DNA of 63,636 nucleotides, filler included, from Octopus bimaculoides (Eukaryota): assembly GCF_001194135.2 (NCBI RefSeq). It is 6 parts of 6 records of this genome, joined end to end, with 100 filler letters (N's around TTAATTAATTAA, not from the genome) between each part and the next. Parts side by side here need not be neighbours in the genome. Positions count along the whole stretch, not along the records: positions 61,957 to 63,636 come from NW_026399368.1; 5 more parts are not named here. The stretch is one strand, 5' to 3'. The notes beneath the pieces are model-generated. The model saw only the letters and a list, made by a program, of their open reading frames with translations. It had not been told where the DNA came from and ran no database searches. The translations under genes were made by a program, and so were the position numbers. Of the stretch, positions 63,050 through 63,636 are shown in pieces (position 1 is the stretch's first letter; each line of letters begins with the position of its first letter).

Positions 63050-63507
63050 GGCGATCTTTCGATACTAGTCCACCACAACTTCCGGTCGTTGCGCGCACGC
63101 ATACTGATTACATGATCGTATAGTGTGTTTATGTGTTTAAATGACTTGAAAATATGAAAAGACAACATTAAATAGAAACTCAAACCTTCTCCCCCTCAGA
63201 TGCATACAGTTCTCAAACTTTAAACACACTATACGATCATGTAATCAGTATATGGAGGAGATACGCCACTGTGGAGGTGCGCTTCACAACGGAGGAGGAA
63301 GCAATAAAGCACTCCACAGAGGCAATAAGGACAGAGGAATGGGTGCTCTTGCCTTCGTACTGCGGCAAACGTGTGGCCAAGGTGCGAGTGAGTAAGGTGC
63401 CATCCGAACTGAAACTTTAAACACATAAACACACTATACGATCATGTAATCAGTATGAGTGCACGCAACGATCGGAAGTTGTGGTGGACTAGTATCGAAA
63501 GATCGCC
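63050..63507. mobile_element. Element with 92-bp terminal inverted repeats carrying an ORF fragment
   Basis: 63050-63141 vs reverse complement of 63416-63507 is 89/92 identical; internal 53-codon open frame at 63253-63411. Confidence 0.7.
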
Positions 63508-63636
63508 ATTATATCACCATTAAATAAAGGAAAAAACATTTAACAAAATTATTGAAAAGAAATACAAAATTTATCTTATCGAATCTTTATTTTATGATTT
63601 TTACTTTGTATTATATTATACTTATTTATCGTGCAT

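Overview
AT-rich, repeat-dominated animal DNA from a gappy draft assembly, with many N-gaps and five artificial N44-TTAATTAATTAA-N44 spacers. The SINE families and the dense microsatellites look like an octopus/coleoid genome; this is recall-based inference, not a database result. There is no rRNA, CRISPR array or intact protein-coding transposon, and most of the supplied ORF track is microsatellite or N-gap read-through. The window contains about 35 tRNA-derived SINE copies, decayed non-LTR retroelements (R4/Dong-type, RTE, CR1/L2), three mariner relics, several MITEs (Tigger-like, Tc1-like, hAT-like), a Helentron-type element and a tRNA-Leu(CAA) pseudogene. Four signals stand out. (1) Minimal type I hammerhead ribozymes with self-complementary stem III at 8745-8800 and 22503-22547 sit inside ~340-bp direct-repeat-bounded units with Penelope-like/retrozyme architecture; two decayed candidates lie at ~19976-20010 and ~62604-62646. 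(2) SINE copies in a ~43-51.7 kb domain have lost nearly all CpGs, suggesting a methylated gene body. (3) Inside that domain is a chain of small plus-strand candidate exons whose joined peptide loosely resembles a highly divergent myosin motor domain. (4) R4/Dong-type elements are stacked in (AAT)n microsatellites, and a 92-bp inverted-repeat element carries a captured ORF fragment. Repeat boundaries are read by eye and are approximate unless exact motifs are quoted.
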